A stretch of 64,000 bases of DNA from Colwellia sp. (GCA_049607625.1 JBMYWR010000003.1:1654-65653); one strand, 5' to 3'. Shown: positions 1 to 14,017, counted from the first letter of the stretch. Numbers and translations are program-made. Notes: a model not told the origin generated them from the letters alone.

Positions 1-217
1 TACTGATGGTAAGCTGATTGGCGTACCTATAGAGCAATTTGGTGTTATAAATTACGAGGGGCGTAAATTAGGCTTGTGTATGGGGTTAACTGATGCCAAG
101 TATGTTACGACCACTGAGGTTTACCCAGATAGCCCGCGATCAGATGATGAAAATTGTATTTTGGCACAAGTAGCGGTTATTGAAGGTGCCATATCATACT
201 TGTTGACGCTTGATTGA
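1..217 (+). CDS. 3' end of a probable M14-family metallocarboxypeptidase-like protein (truncated by window start)
   Basis: Open frame 2 reads ...GVINYEGRKLGLCMGLTDAKYVTTTEVYPDSPRSDDENCILAQVAVIEGAISYLLTLD*, TGA at 215-217. The TTTEVYPDS motif is recalled from this family. Confidence 0.6.
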   Translation, partial: TDGKLIGVPIEQFGVINYEGRKLGLCMGLTDAKYVTTTEVYPDSPRSDDENCILAQVAVIEGAISYLLTLD

Positions 218-248
218 AGTAAAGTCTAATCACTTCATTTTTATATTT

Positions 249-280
249 AAAAACGCTACGCTAAAAACGTGGCGTTTTTT
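249..280 (+). terminator. Rho-independent terminator
   Basis: AAAACGCTACG-loop-CGTGGCGTTTTTT hairpin with U-tract just after the first CDS. Confidence 0.75.
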
Positions 281-489
281 CTTCTGTAAGTTACACTTAT
301 TAAACGTTTTTTACTAAATTGTTTTTTCTAAATTGTTTTTCTAAATGATGAAAATTATAGTCTAGCTAATAAATAAGCGTAACAACTTCATTAATGACAC
401 TAATGAAAGCAATCATTACGAAAACATTAAGAATGAAAGCAGTAATTACTAAAGCAGTAATAAAATCAATTTGAACTAAAGGGCATGCT

Positions 490-1104
490 ATGTTTCATCA
501 CAAAAAAGGAAGTTTTACCGCTTGGATGCTTAGATTAAGGAAAATTATTCGCTGGCCATTAATGACAACACGGGAAGCTGAAACCTGTGCTCAACACTCT
601 TTTGAGGTCACTTTAATTAGTCATCAAATCGCCTTAATTGGTAAAATAAAATTTAAACGCAGTTATAGCCCCGCAGATATTGCTTTGGTGGCGTTATATC
701 ATGAAGCATCGGAGTCTGGTGGTGTGGGTGATTTACCCAGCCCTTTGAAATACTATAATCCTGAGTTTACTAAACAAGTAAAAAAAATTGAGAGTGAAGT
801 AGAACATTCGATGGTATATGAAGGGTTACCTCAATATTTACAATCTGACATGGCCGAACTTGTTATCCAAGCTAACATCAATCCTGAAATTAAAGCCATT
901 GTCAAAGCTGCTGACGACTTAGCTGCATTTCATTACAGCTTATCAGAAGTAAATGGAGGTAATAAGGAATTTGTTGATGCAGCTAAGCTCCTAGAAAAAC
1001 GTGTAGAGACACATTGTCAGCAATGGCCAGAAGTTGCTGAGTTTTATCAATCACAATTTCCAGCCTGTATGCAAACACTTGACGAACTATCTAGACCCGA
1101 TTGA
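490..1104 (+). CDS. YfbR-like HD-domain 5'-deoxynucleotidase (HD motif reads HE)
   Basis: RWPLM...QHSF, LYHEASE, GDLPSPLKY, VKAADDLAA and GNKEF motifs match YfbR; 204 aa. Confidence 0.8.
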   Translation: MFHHKKGSFTAWMLRLRKIIRWPLMTTREAETCAQHSFEVTLISHQIALIGKIKFKRSYSPADIALVALYHEASESGGVGDLPSPLKYYNPEFTKQVKKIESEVEHSMVYEGLPQYLQSDMAELVIQANINPEIKAIVKAADDLAAFHYSLSEVNGGNKEFVDAAKLLEKRVETHCQQWPEVAEFYQSQFPACMQTLDELSRPD

Positions 1105-1297
1105 TAAACCGAGAATAGATTTATTTTCTTTATTTTTGTTTAAGGTCTAAGGTTTTAGTTCGAGTATTACTTTCAATTTAACCATAATGTCAGATATATA
1201 GTCTAAGCTTAAGATTAACCTGAGTGTTAATCATCGCTCTAGTCTCGTTGTAACATCTATTTATGACGCAAGAAGCTTGCTATTTAAAAGGTAAATT

Positions 1298-2515
1298 ATG
1301 GGTAATTTCTTTTGTTCTTTCACATTTAAAGCATCACACACTTTTATCGCTGCAGTACTCATCATTACCAGTTTACTTTTGACTGGCTGTAACGAAGAAA
1401 AAAAAACGGCTAGTCAGAGTTTACCACCTGCAATCATTTCTACCTTAGAAATAACATCAAAGTCTGTACCGTTTGGTATTGAAGTCCCTGCAACTTTATC
1501 TGGCGCCAAGGAAGTAGAGGTTCGTGCGCAAGTATCAGGCATTTTAGAACAAAGAAATTTCAGTGAGGGTGACAAGATTACACTAGGTCAGTCATTATTT
1601 ACCTTAGATTCCAATACTTACGAAGCTGAAAAAGAAAAAAGCGAAGCAGATCTCAATGCCGCAATGGTGCGTTTGAAGCAATCCCGCCGAGAAGTTAATA
1701 GAATAAAACCGCTAAGAGAGAGAAACTCAATTTCACAACAAGAGCTTGATAATGCAATGACCAATGTCGAGATTAATTTAGCTGATGTGAAATCTATGCA
1801 AGCGAAACTAAAGCAAGCCCAACTCCATTTAGATTACACCAAAGTTATCTCACCTATAACCGGTATTGTGGGCAGAGAGCTTGTTTCTGAAGGTACCTAT
1901 GTTTCGGGTCCTGAAGTGCTATTGACTCAACTTACGCAAATAGATCCAATACGCGTACGCTTTGGTATATCTGAGCGAGAACAACTTAAAATGCGTCAAG
2001 ATGTTAAAGAGGGCAGCCTTATACTTCCTGAGGGAGGGCATTGGGATGTAACCATTAAACTTTTTGATGGTTCGCTACACCCTAGTATTGGAAAAGTAAA
2101 TTTCAGTGATATCCGTATTAACAGTAATACCGGCACAAGTGAGCTGCAAGCTATTACACCAAACCCTAAATTATCGCTTAGACCGGGACAATTTGTCCGT
2201 ATTATTTTAACAGGGGCAACAAGGGAAAATGCGATAGTTGTTCCGCAAAGAGCTGTTCTAGATAATGGCCTAGGAAAATTTGTTTATGTGATGACAAAAA
2301 ATGCAGATGGCATCGATGTCGCTTTACCTGCTCCTGTGGAAGTGGGAGAGTGGGTACAAAATATTGATGGAATTGACAATGCATGGGTAATACGCAGTGG
2401 ATTAAAAGTAGGGGATAATGTCATCGTTGATGGGGTGGCAAAGATATTCTTCCCTGGAATGCCAGTGAAACTTGCACAGCCATCTAAAAGCACTAACACA
2501 GCCAATAAAGCTTAG
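1298..2515 (+). CDS. RND efflux periplasmic adaptor (AcrA/MexA-like lipoprotein)
   Basis: Lipobox LLTGC, EVRAQVSGIL, SPITGIVG, LRPGQFVR; directly upstream of an RND permease. Confidence 0.92.
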   Translation: MGNFFCSFTFKASHTFIAAVLIITSLLLTGCNEEKKTASQSLPPAIISTLEITSKSVPFGIEVPATLSGAKEVEVRAQVSGILEQRNFSEGDKITLGQSLFTLDSNTYEAEKEKSEADLNAAMVRLKQSRREVNRIKPLRERNSISQQELDNAMTNVEINLADVKSMQAKLKQAQLHLDYTKVISPITGIVGRELVSEGTYVSGPEVLLTQLTQIDPIRVRFGISEREQLKMRQDVKEGSLILPEGGHWDVTIKLFDGSLHPSIGKVNFSDIRINSNTGTSELQAITPNPKLSLRPGQFVRIILTGATRENAIVVPQRAVLDNGLGKFVYVMTKNADGIDVALPAPVEVGEWVQNIDGIDNAWVIRSGLKVGDNVIVDGVAKIFFPGMPVKLAQPSKSTNTANKA

Positions 2516-2525
2516 GAGATAAACC

Positions 2526-5500
2526 ATGTTTTCTCGCTACTTTATTGACCGTCCAATATTTTCATTTGTTATTTCTATTTTTATTGTTTTAGCGGGGTTA
2601 GCCTCTCTTAAAACTTTGTCGATTGCGCAATATCCAGAAATGTCGCCTCCGGTAGTTGAGGTAAGAGCATTTTATCCAGGGGCTTCTGCAGAAGTACTTG
2701 AGCAAACAGTTGCTACACCGCTAGAGAACGCCATTACTGGGGTTGAAGGGATGATGTACATGTCTTCAACTTCAACTAGTGCAGGCTCTACAACTATTAC
2801 AGTAACCTTTGAGATAGGTACTGATGCTGATCAAGCTTCTGTTAATGTAAATAATAGAGTGAAGCAGGTTGAAGCCAGATTACCAGAAGAAACGCGGCGA
2901 CAAGGGGTTGTTGTTTCAAAAGCTTCATCGAACTTTTTACATGTTCATGCCTTCTATTCTCCCGATGGCAGTCGTGACTCTTTATGGACTTCCAATTATG
3001 TAACTCTTAATGTCATTGATAAAATTAAGAAAATTCCGGGTACGACAAGTGTACAAATTTTTGGCGCAAAAGATTACGCCATGAGAATTTGGTTACGACC
3101 TGATGTAATGAGCCAACTTGGGGTTACGGTAGAAGAGATTACAACGGCGGTTAGGGAGCAAAACTCTCAATATGCAGCTGGTCGAATAGGATCTGAGCCT
3201 ACCCATACCAGGCCTCAATCTTTAGTTTATAGTGTAAAAGTAAAAGGGCGGTTATCAACGGCAAAGGAGTTCGAAGAAATTATATTGCGCTCTAATGCAG
3301 ATGGGAGCTCTTTAAGATTAAAAGATATTGCACGCGTTGAACTTGGCTCAAAAGATTACGACTTTGATGGACGAATTAATGGTAAACAGGCCGTTTTACT
3401 TGGCGTATTTTTACAGCCTGGTGCAAATGCGCTTGATGTAGCAGATGAAGTTAATCAAACGATTGATGAATTAAAATCTCGCTTTCCAACAGGATTAGAG
3501 CACTTACTTCCTTATGATACAACACGGTTTGTAAAGGTTTCAATTCGAGAGGTAATTCATACTTTGGTTGAAGCCATGATTTTAGTTTTTATTGTTGTCT
3601 TTATGTTTTTACAAAATTGGCGAGCGACTTTAATTCCTATTTTAGCCGTTCCTGTTTCATTGTTAGGAACCTTTGCAGGGCTCTATCTTCTTGATTATTC
3701 AATAAATACCTTAACACTATTTGGTATGGTACTTTCTATTGGTATTGTGGTTGATGACGCTATCGTTGTCCTTGAAAACGTAGAGCGCATTATGCATGAA
3801 GAGGATGTGACTGTTAGGGACGCAGCCATTCAAGCAATGAAAGAGGTAAGTGGACCTGTTGTTGCCATTGTTTTAGTGTTGTGTTCTGTTTTTGTTCCTA
3901 TTGCTTTTTTGGGCGGTTTAACCGGCGAGTTATTTAGGCAATTTGCAATAACGATATCTATATCTGTCAGTTTATCAGGGCTTGTCGCTTTAACCATGAC
4001 ACCAGCGCTTTGTGTGTTGGTTCTTAAAAAAGAAGATAAACACTCTAATTTCATTTTCAACGGTTTTAATTGGTTTTTTGATAAAGTAACTGGTGGTTAC
4101 ATAGCAGGTGTTAGTTTCTTTCTTAAGCGAGGTTTAGTCGCACTGGCTCTTATCACAGGGATGATTGCTCTAACCAGTAATCTTTGGTCTAAAGTACCTG
4201 GTTCATTAGTTCCTGATGAAGATCAAGGGTTTTATATATCTGCTATTTTCCTTCCCGATGGTGCATCTTTACAGAGAACTAAAAAAGTTGTTTCAGATGT
4301 GATCAGTGCAATAAAGTCTAACCCTGCAAATGAAAATGTTGTGTCTTTTACTGGTTTTGACTTTCTCGGTGGTGGCTATAAAAATAACGCTGCGACCCTA
4401 TTCGTAACACAAAAGCACTGGGATGATAGAGTTGACAGTACTCAACAATTGGTTGGTGAGTTATTCATGAAAACAGCTGGCATTAATGAAGCCTTGGTGC
4501 TTGCTTTTAATCCACCAGCGATACCTGGTTTAGGTAATACAGGAGGCTTTGAATTTTTCATTCAAAATCGCGGCCTAGGCGGCGTTACTAAATTAAAGTC
4601 TGTCATGGGTGAAGTGATGGCTGAAGCGCAGCAAAGTCCAATTTTAGCTGGCGTGCAAACACTTTGGCGTTCAGATGTCCCGCAATTATCGGTAGAAATA
4701 GATAGAGAGCAAGCAAGGGCAATGAACATACCGATTAATAATGCGTTTAATGCCTTAGCGGGAACACTAGGAACTTATTACTTAAATGATTTTAATAAGT
4801 TCGGTCGCACTTGGCAGGTCCTTATGTCTGCTGAGCCTGAGTTTAGAATGGCACCAAAAGATATCGGTCGTATCTATGTTAAAAATAACCTGGGTGATAT
4901 GGTACCTGTTTCTTCTTTTGCCAATATCACCTATAGCAGCGGTCCAGATAGTCTTGATAGATATAATAATCTTTCGGCTGTTAAGTTGCTTGGTAGTGCT
5001 GCGCCTGGTTATAGTTCTGGGCAAGCCATTGCTGAAATTGAACGTATAGCAGATAAAATATTGCCAAGTGATATGAGCTTTGAATGGACAGGTACTGCTT
5101 ATCAAGAAAAACGTAACTCTGGTTCGACAGCTACAGCGCTTGGTATGGCCGTTGTGATGGTTTTTCTCATTCTTGCCGCGCTTTATGAGCGTTGGTCTCT
5201 TCCATTTTCGGTTTTACTTGCTTTGCCATTTGGTATTTTTGGGGCCCTTTTATCTATTTCTCTCGTCGGTATGACAAATGATGTTTATTTTCAAATAGGT
5301 TTAGTGACATTGCTCGGTTTGGCGAGTAAAAATGCGATTTTAATTGTTGAATATGCGTTGATGAAAAAGCAAGAGGGATGGAGTACTGGTGCAGCAGCCT
5401 TGGAAGCCGCACGCTTGAGGTTTAGACCTATAATAATGACTTCCCTTGCTTTCATTTTGGGGGTTGTGCCATTAGCGATAAGTAGTGGAGCGGGTGCTGG

Positions 5501-5702
5501 AGCAAGACATAGTGTAGGTACTGGAGTTATGGGCGGAATGCTGGCTGCAACTTTCTTGGCCATATTTTTTGTCCCGTTATTCTTCTATTGGTTAACCGAT
5601 CGTAAAGTTTCAGATAAAACCGAGACCAAATTACTTTTACAAGAAGCGATTGAAAACAACGAGCGAGATAATCAGGCTAGATCCAAAGCTAAGTTAGATT
5701 AA
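2526..5702 (+). CDS. HAE1-family RND efflux permease (AcrB/MexB-like)
   Basis: FIDRPIF N-terminus; proton-relay motifs IVVDDAIVVLENVER, SKNAILIVE, RFRPIIMT; 1058 aa. Confidence 0.95.
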   Translation: MFSRYFIDRPIFSFVISIFIVLAGLASLKTLSIAQYPEMSPPVVEVRAFYPGASAEVLEQTVATPLENAITGVEGMMYMSSTSTSAGSTTITVTFEIGTDADQASVNVNNRVKQVEARLPEETRRQGVVVSKASSNFLHVHAFYSPDGSRDSLWTSNYVTLNVIDKIKKIPGTTSVQIFGAKDYAMRIWLRPDVMSQLGVTVEEITTAVREQNSQYAAGRIGSEPTHTRPQSLVYSVKVKGRLSTAKEFEEIILRSNADGSSLRLKDIARVELGSKDYDFDGRINGKQAVLLGVFLQPGANALDVADEVNQTIDELKSRFPTGLEHLLPYDTTRFVKVSIREVIHTLVEAMILVFIVVFMFLQNWRATLIPILAVPVSLLGTFAGLYLLDYSINTLTLFGMVLSIGIVVDDAIVVLENVERIMHEEDVTVRDAAIQAMKEVSGPVVAIVLVLCSVFVPIAFLGGLTGELFRQFAITISISVSLSGLVALTMTPALCVLVLKKEDKHSNFIFNGFNWFFDKVTGGYIAGVSFFLKRGLVALALITGMIALTSNLWSKVPGSLVPDEDQGFYISAIFLPDGASLQRTKKVVSDVISAIKSNPANENVVSFTGFDFLGGGYKNNAATLFVTQKHWDDRVDSTQQLVGELFMKTAGINEALVLAFNPPAIPGLGNTGGFEFFIQNRGLGGVTKLKSVMGEVMAEAQQSPILAGVQTLWRSDVPQLSVEIDREQARAMNIPINNAFNALAGTLGTYYLNDFNKFGRTWQVLMSAEPEFRMAPKDIGRIYVKNNLGDMVPVSSFANITYSSGPDSLDRYNNLSAVKLLGSAAPGYSSGQAIAEIERIADKILPSDMSFEWTGTAYQEKRNSGSTATALGMAVVMVFLILAALYERWSLPFSVLLALPFGIFGALLSISLVGMTNDVYFQIGLVTLLGLASKNAILIVEYALMKKQEGWSTGAAALEAARLRFRPIIMTSLAFILGVVPLAISSGAGAGARHSVGTGVMGGMLAATFLAIFFVPLFFYWLTDRKVSDKTETKLLLQEAIENNERDNQARSKAKLD

Positions 5703-5752
5703 TTAACGTATTTGTCTAAGATAAAAAACTAAAGAGGAGAACGATGATAACG

Positions 5753-5806
5753 CCTCTATGTAAAACTTTTGATTCAAGCTTTTGAGTAATCGTTTTACAT
5801 AGAAGG
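5753..5806. terminator. Hairpin between the convergent RND permease and alaA genes
   Basis: TCTATGTAAAAC ... GTTTTACATAGA 12-bp inverted repeat; no clear U-tract. Confidence 0.45.
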
Positions 5807-5847
5807 AGAGGCTCTTTACTTAACCATATTTCGGTTTAAGCTATCTC

Positions 5848-7068
5848 TTAATTTACTTGATGGTAAGTAGAAAAAAACTTTTCGAGTTTTTCTAATGCTG
5901 TTTTAAGCTCATCAATATAGGGTAAGAAAACTAATCTGAAGTAATTTGGTGTCTTTATATTAAAAGCTCTACCGTGTACTAATAATATTTTTTCTTGTTT
6001 GAGTAAGTCCAAAATCATTTTTTCATCATCAACAATATTAAACTTATCAATATCGACTTTTACAAAAAGGTATAACGCACCCATTGCAGGATGACAGGAT
6101 AAACCGTCAATTTTATTGATCATTTCAAACGCAATATTACGTTGTTTTAAAAGCCTACCATCTTCAGATATTAGCTCTGTAATGCTTTGATAACCGCCCA
6201 GTGCCGTTTGTATGGCATGTTGAGAAGGAACATTGGCACATAAACGCATTGAGGCAAGCATATTCAACCCCTCAATATAATCCTGAGCATGTAACTTAGG
6301 CCCCGTTATAACCATCCAACCAGCTCGAAAACCCGCAACACGATAGTTTTTAGACAAACCACCCATTGTTAAAATAAGCACATCGTTTGCTAAGCTTGCT
6401 GTTGGTATGTGTTTAGCTTCATCGTATAGAATTTTATCGTAAATCTCGTCACTAAAAATGATCAGTTGATACTTTCTCGCTAAGGCAATAATTCCTTCTA
6501 AAATAGCTTTAGGATAGACAGCACCTGTGGGATTGTTAGGGTTTATCAAAACAATCCCTTTGGTTTTATCTGTAATTTTTGATTCCATATCTTTTAAATC
6601 GGGATACCAAAAATCCTCATCATCACAACGGTAATGAACAGGAACACCTCCCGATAAAGAAACTGCAGCAGTCCATAATGGATAATCAGGAGCAGGAATA
6701 AGCACCTCGTCACCGTTATTAAGTAACCCTTGCATTGACATAACAATGAGTTCGCTGACCCCGTTGCCAATAAATATGTCATCGGTGGTTAAATCTTGAA
6801 TGCCTTGCTGTTGAAAATACTGCATAACAGCGACACGAGCGGGATATATTCCTTTAGAGTCACTGTAACCTTGTGAGTTAGGTAAATGATGGATAACATC
6901 TTTTAAAATATCGTCAGGTGCTTCAAATCCAAAAGGGGCAGGGTTACCAATATTAAGTTTTAATATTTTATGCCCTTCATCTTCTAATTTTCTGGCTTGA
7001 ATAGCAATGTCGCCTCTTATTTCGTAGCAAACATTATTTAGTTTGGATGACTTGATGATGGATTTCAT
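5848..7068 (-). CDS. alaA: Glutamate-pyruvate aminotransferase AlaA (YfbQ), PLP class I/II
   Basis: KSSKLNNVCYEIRG, LNIGNPAPFGF, DEIYDK, GLSKNYRVAGFRAGW. Confidence 0.9.
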   Translation of the reverse strand: MKSIIKSSKLNNVCYEIRGDIAIQARKLEDEGHKILKLNIGNPAPFGFEAPDDILKDVIHHLPNSQGYSDSKGIYPARVAVMQYFQQQGIQDLTTDDIFIGNGVSELIVMSMQGLLNNGDEVLIPAPDYPLWTAAVSLSGGVPVHYRCDDEDFWYPDLKDMESKITDKTKGIVLINPNNPTGAVYPKAILEGIIALARKYQLIIFSDEIYDKILYDEAKHIPTASLANDVLILTMGGLSKNYRVAGFRAGWMVITGPKLHAQDYIEGLNMLASMRLCANVPSQHAIQTALGGYQSITELISEDGRLLKQRNIAFEMINKIDGLSCHPAMGALYLFVKVDIDKFNIVDDEKMILDLLKQEKILLVHGRAFNIKTPNYFRLVFLPYIDELKTALEKLEKFFSTYHQVN

Positions 7069-7166
7069 GATTTACTCAAAAGCAATTAGGAAAAGATTAT
7101 TGCGCTAATTTAGCATGATTATTAAGCGCTTAAACAGTATTATTTAATTATTTATATGGTGAATAA

Positions 7167-7204
7167 ACAAAAAGCCCATTCCTCATCAAGAAATGGGCTT
7201 TTGT
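7167..7204 (-). terminator. Terminator downstream of purB
   Basis: AAAAGCCCATT...AATGGGCTTTT hairpin with U-tract on the minus strand. Confidence 0.8.
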
Positions 7205-7217
7205 ACGCATAATATCT

Positions 7218-8594
<1,377 letters not shown>

Positions 8595-8670
8595 CTAAGC
8601 TATATAAATTGTGTAATGTTAAGTTTGTAATGTTATGTTTATAATATTGTGATTTTTTAATTGGTAAATC

Positions 8671-9288
8671 TTAAATAGTCGCTAAAAGCTCTTTAGCAGT
8701 GTGTACGAGTTTTGATCTTTTAAATAAAATATTGCGACGCTTCCCACCAACTTGACGCCAAAGAACTGCTGCTCTTATGCCAGCCAGTAAAAGCGCTCTA
8801 ATTTTATATTGATTATTGGTTTGTTTGAGAATACTTGGTTCACCCATCACTTGTATTCGAGCGCCTAGAGGACTAATGATATCTGAGTAAATGCTTGCAA
8901 AGTTAGCCAGTAGTGGTTCACTCGTTAAACTAAAATGCTCAAGTTGCCTTTGAGTATCTTGTATACGGCTACCTAGTTCAGAAAGTTTCTTCGGTTTCTT
9001 AGCCAATCGACGTTCTAAGTTTATTAAGCCAACAATGTAGCGAGTTATTTCTGGGTCTTTTACTTTGTTTGTACTGTCACTTAAATGGTTTATAAAAATC
9101 GATAAACCGTCTTTTAAGTGGCTTAATTCTCCACCATAAACAGCAAGCGTATTCTCTGGTGACATTTGTATAATGCTATTTAATGATATTTCAAAACCAG
9201 CGTCGTCCATTGGCACGCCACGAGAAATCATTTGTACTTGATGTGCTATTTGGCATAAAGCTGCGAAAGTAATTACTTGTTCTTTCAT
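8671..9288 (-). CDS. hflD: High-frequency lysogenization protein HflD (start reassigned to MKEQVI)
   Basis: IRALLLAGIRAAVLWRQVGG motif; mnmA-hflD-purB synteny. Confidence 0.92.
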   Translation of the reverse strand: MKEQVITFAALCQIAHQVQMISRGVPMDDAGFEISLNSIIQMSPENTLAVYGGELSHLKDGLSIFINHLSDSTNKVKDPEITRYIVGLINLERRLAKKPKKLSELGSRIQDTQRQLEHFSLTSEPLLANFASIYSDIISPLGARIQVMGEPSILKQTNNQYKIRALLLAGIRAAVLWRQVGGKRRNILFKRSKLVHTAKELLATI

Positions 9289-9346
9289 ATTTTCTCTATC
9301 AATACGTAATTGACTTGTTATTAAACCGGTTGTTACGCCGAATACT

Positions 9347-9374
9347 AAAAAAAATGCCCCACAAAGGAGCATTT
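9347..9374 (-). terminator. Terminator between mnmA and hflD
   Basis: Minus strand AAATGCTCC-TTTGT-GGGGCATTT followed by a U-run. Confidence 0.65.
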
Positions 9375-9378
9375 AATA

Positions 9379-10506
9379 CTAACGAATAAGCGTGTCGATA
9401 ATAGCACCACCTAAACAGATGTCGCCCTGATAAAACACAACAGATTGCCCAGGGGTCACAGAGTTTTGCGGTTCATCAAAGTCGACTTGGTATTCAATCT
9501 CTGCCTGTTTGTGCGCTTTAGGTAGAATCGTTACGGTACATGGAACATCTTGCTGTCTATAACGGGTTTTTACTGTGCAAACTAAAGGCTCTGTTAAGTC
9601 TTTTCTATCTACCCAGTGCATTTGATTAGCAATAAGACCTTTAGAAAACAAACGAGGGTGGTCATGTCCTTGGCCAACAATTAAAACATTACGGACTAAG
9701 TCTTTCTCAACCACATACCATGGCTCTTCGCCAGCATTTGCTAAGCCTCCAATTCTGAGGCCTTTGCGTTGTCCTAACGTATGGTACATTAAACCGTCAT
9801 GCTCACCAATGGCTTCACCATCACTTGACTCAATTACACCAGGTTTTGCCGGTAGGTACTGCGCTAAAAAGTCTTTAAACTTACGCTCCCCTATAAAACA
9901 AATCCCCGTACTGTCTTTTTTATTGTGTGTGACTAAACCTGCTTCTTCGGCAATTCTGCGTACTTCAGGCTTTTCTATATGGCCTACAGGGAAGAGTGTT
10001 TGGCCAACTTGCTTTTCATCAAGCGTATATAAAAAATAGCTTTGATCTTTATTGTTATCTAAGCCTCGAATCATCAACCAGTGATTATCTCTAAATTCTC
10101 GTTGAACGTAATGACCCGTCGCTATGTAATCGGCACCTAAGTCTTCGCAAGCAAATTCAAGAAATGCTTTAAATTTGATTTCTTTATTACAGATAATATC
10201 AGGGTTAGGTGTACGCCCAGCTTTATATTCAGCGAGAAAATATTCGAAGACATTGTCCCAATATTCGGTGGCAAAATTAATGGTATGTAAGTGAATGCCT
10301 AATTTATTACAAATTGCCTGTGCATCTTCCAAATCTTGCGCAGCAGCACAATATTCATCAGTATCGTCTTCTTCCCAGTTCTTCATAAATAAACCTTCTA
10401 CTTGATATCCTTGCTGTTGTAACAAGTAAGCAGAAACCGATGAATCAACACCACCAGACATACCAACGATGACTTTAGTGTCTTTCGGGTCTTTATTTGA
10501 AGACAT
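9379..10506 (-). CDS. mnmA: tRNA 2-thiouridine(34) synthase MnmA (start reassigned to MSSNKD)
   Basis: [50 protein letters not shown]. Confidence 0.97.
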   Translation of the reverse strand: MSSNKDPKDTKVIVGMSGGVDSSVSAYLLQQQGYQVEGLFMKNWEEDDTDEYCAAAQDLEDAQAICNKLGIHLHTINFATEYWDNVFEYFLAEYKAGRTPNPDIICNKEIKFKAFLEFACEDLGADYIATGHYVQREFRDNHWLMIRGLDNNKDQSYFLYTLDEKQVGQTLFPVGHIEKPEVRRIAEEAGLVTHNKKDSTGICFIGERKFKDFLAQYLPAKPGVIESSDGEAIGEHDGLMYHTLGQRKGLRIGGLANAGEEPWYVVEKDLVRNVLIVGQGHDHPRLFSKGLIANQMHWVDRKDLTEPLVCTVKTRYRQQDVPCTVTILPKAHKQAEIEYQVDFDEPQNSVTPGQSVVFYQGDICLGGAIIDTLIR

Positions 10507-10569
10507 TGTATTTTTAAATTCAGAATCAGATGAAAGCATAACGTTAATAAATAAATCACTTAGTAAAAT

Positions 10570-10587
10570 GGCGCGCAATTATAGCAC
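10570..10587 (-). promoter_or_regulatory. Putative sigma70 extended -10 with GC-rich discriminator for mnmA
   Basis: Minus strand TG-C-TATAAT-TGCGCGCC, a stringent-type discriminator. Confidence 0.6.
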
Positions 10588-10712
10588 GGCTATTTGTACG
10601 ATTAAATAACTGTTTTTAAGCTGTCATATCAAGCCAATAGTTAGGTTTTGTACGATTAAATATTTGTTCTTAATAAAACTATAAAATTAAAATAGGTATG
10701 AATTTTATAGAA

Positions 10713-10787
10713 TTTGTCGAGACCCCCCTGTGACCAGAGCAAAGCGAAAGTCGCGGGGTCGTGCACATACCAATAGGTCTCTTGAAA
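10713..10787. repeat. GC-rich palindromic (REP-like) element
   Basis: GAGACC...GGTCTC outer arms and a GACCCCCCTGTGAC...GTCGCGGGGTC stem in an otherwise very AT-rich spacer. Confidence 0.45.
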
Positions 10788-10797
10788 TGTTAATGGT

Positions 10798-11427
10798 TTA
10801 AATGATTTGCTTATATTTGCCGTTTTCAATGCCATCAACGGTCCATTCGCCAATGGCATAACGAATAAGACGTAAAGTAGGAAAGCCGATATGTGCAGTC
10901 ATTCTTCTTACTTGACGATTTTTCCCTTCCGTAATGATTATTTCTAACCATGTCGTTGGGATACTCGCTCTTTCTCGAATAGGAGGGACTCGGTCCCAAA
11001 CGGTAGGAGAGGGTAGTGTATTCACCTTCGCTGGCAGTGTTAGACCGTCTTTTAATACAACACCTTGACGTAACTTTTTGAGATCACTCTGACTTGGGCT
11101 ACCTTCTACTTGCACCCAATAAGTTTTTTCCGTTTTTTGACTTGGATTGGCTATGCTGTGCTGCAACTTTCCGTCATTTGTTAACAGTAATAACCCTTCG
11201 CTATCCCTGTCTAGTCTTCCTGCAGCATATATTTCAGGGATATCGATAAAGTCTTTTAATGTTTGCCGGTTATCATCGTCGGTGAATTGACATAAAACGT
11301 TAAAAGGTTTGTTAAATAGAACTACCTTTTTAACTTTGTTTAGAGGTTTGCTGGGCTTTGCTCTAAACTTTTTATTCACATATTTTGACGACGTTGTATC
11401 GTTTTTATGAACTCGCTTATTCTTCAT
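10798..11427 (-). CDS. rluE: 23S rRNA pseudouridine(2457) synthase RluE
   Basis: [35 protein letters not shown]; divergent from icd as in enterobacteria. Confidence 0.93.
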   Translation of the reverse strand: MKNKRVHKNDTTSSKYVNKKFRAKPSKPLNKVKKVVLFNKPFNVLCQFTDDDNRQTLKDFIDIPEIYAAGRLDRDSEGLLLLTNDGKLQHSIANPSQKTEKTYWVQVEGSPSQSDLKKLRQGVVLKDGLTLPAKVNTLPSPTVWDRVPPIRERASIPTTWLEIIITEGKNRQVRRMTAHIGFPTLRLIRYAIGEWTVDGIENGKYKQII

Positions 11428-11541
11428 TATGACCTAACTTAAAAAAATGTTCTATTAGAGTGTATACTCAGTGTTCTCAAATGTATTGAATTAATATATT
11501 ATGTCTTCATCATTTTATATTATGCTCACTTAACTTTAAAG

Positions 11542-11568
11542 GTTGATTAAGTATAATGTTCAATCAAC
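11542..11568 (+). promoter_or_regulatory. TATAAT -10 box flanked by an inverted repeat upstream of monomeric icd
   Basis: GTTGATT-AAG-TATAAT-GTTC-AATCAAC. Confidence 0.45.
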
Positions 11569-11599
11569 ACTACTCAACAAACTAGTCGTTATAATATAA

Positions 11600-13870
<2,271 letters not shown>

Positions 13871-13906
13871 AAACGTCTGTAAATAGCTCGTTTTAAAAGG
13901 TAGCAC

Positions 13907-13947
13907 GGCTCAAGTCCTGTATAAAAATGTACTAGATGGCTTGAGCC
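13907..13947 (+). terminator. Hairpin between the two icd genes (terminator or mRNA-stabilising)
   Basis: GGCTCAAGTC...GGCTTGAGCC inverted repeat; weak U-tract. Confidence 0.5.
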
Positions 13948-14017
13948 TTAATAAAAAAAATATTTGCTATAACTATAGCAAAGTAAGAGTTTCACTTTTG
14001 AAAATAGGAAGACGTTT

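Noticed and set aside
490-1104. HD protein as an anti-phage dNTPase or DatZ-like defence gene
   Set aside because: No defence or mobile context; motifs are closest to housekeeping YfbR
9289-9372. N-terminal extensions in the ORF track (hflD shown; also mnmA, rne, gdhB, argO, cheW1)
   Set aside because: They run through terminators, promoters or neighbouring genes; downstream ATGs match the family N-termini better
10719-10781. c-di-GMP-I riboswitch (GCAAA/GAAA motifs)
   Set aside because: P1/P2/P3 architecture and tetraloop receptor not recognisable, and it is not placed 5' of a same-strand gene
10656-10859. 67-aa ORF as a nudJ remnant
   Set aside because: No Nudix box; overlaps the rluE 3' end and the palindromic element
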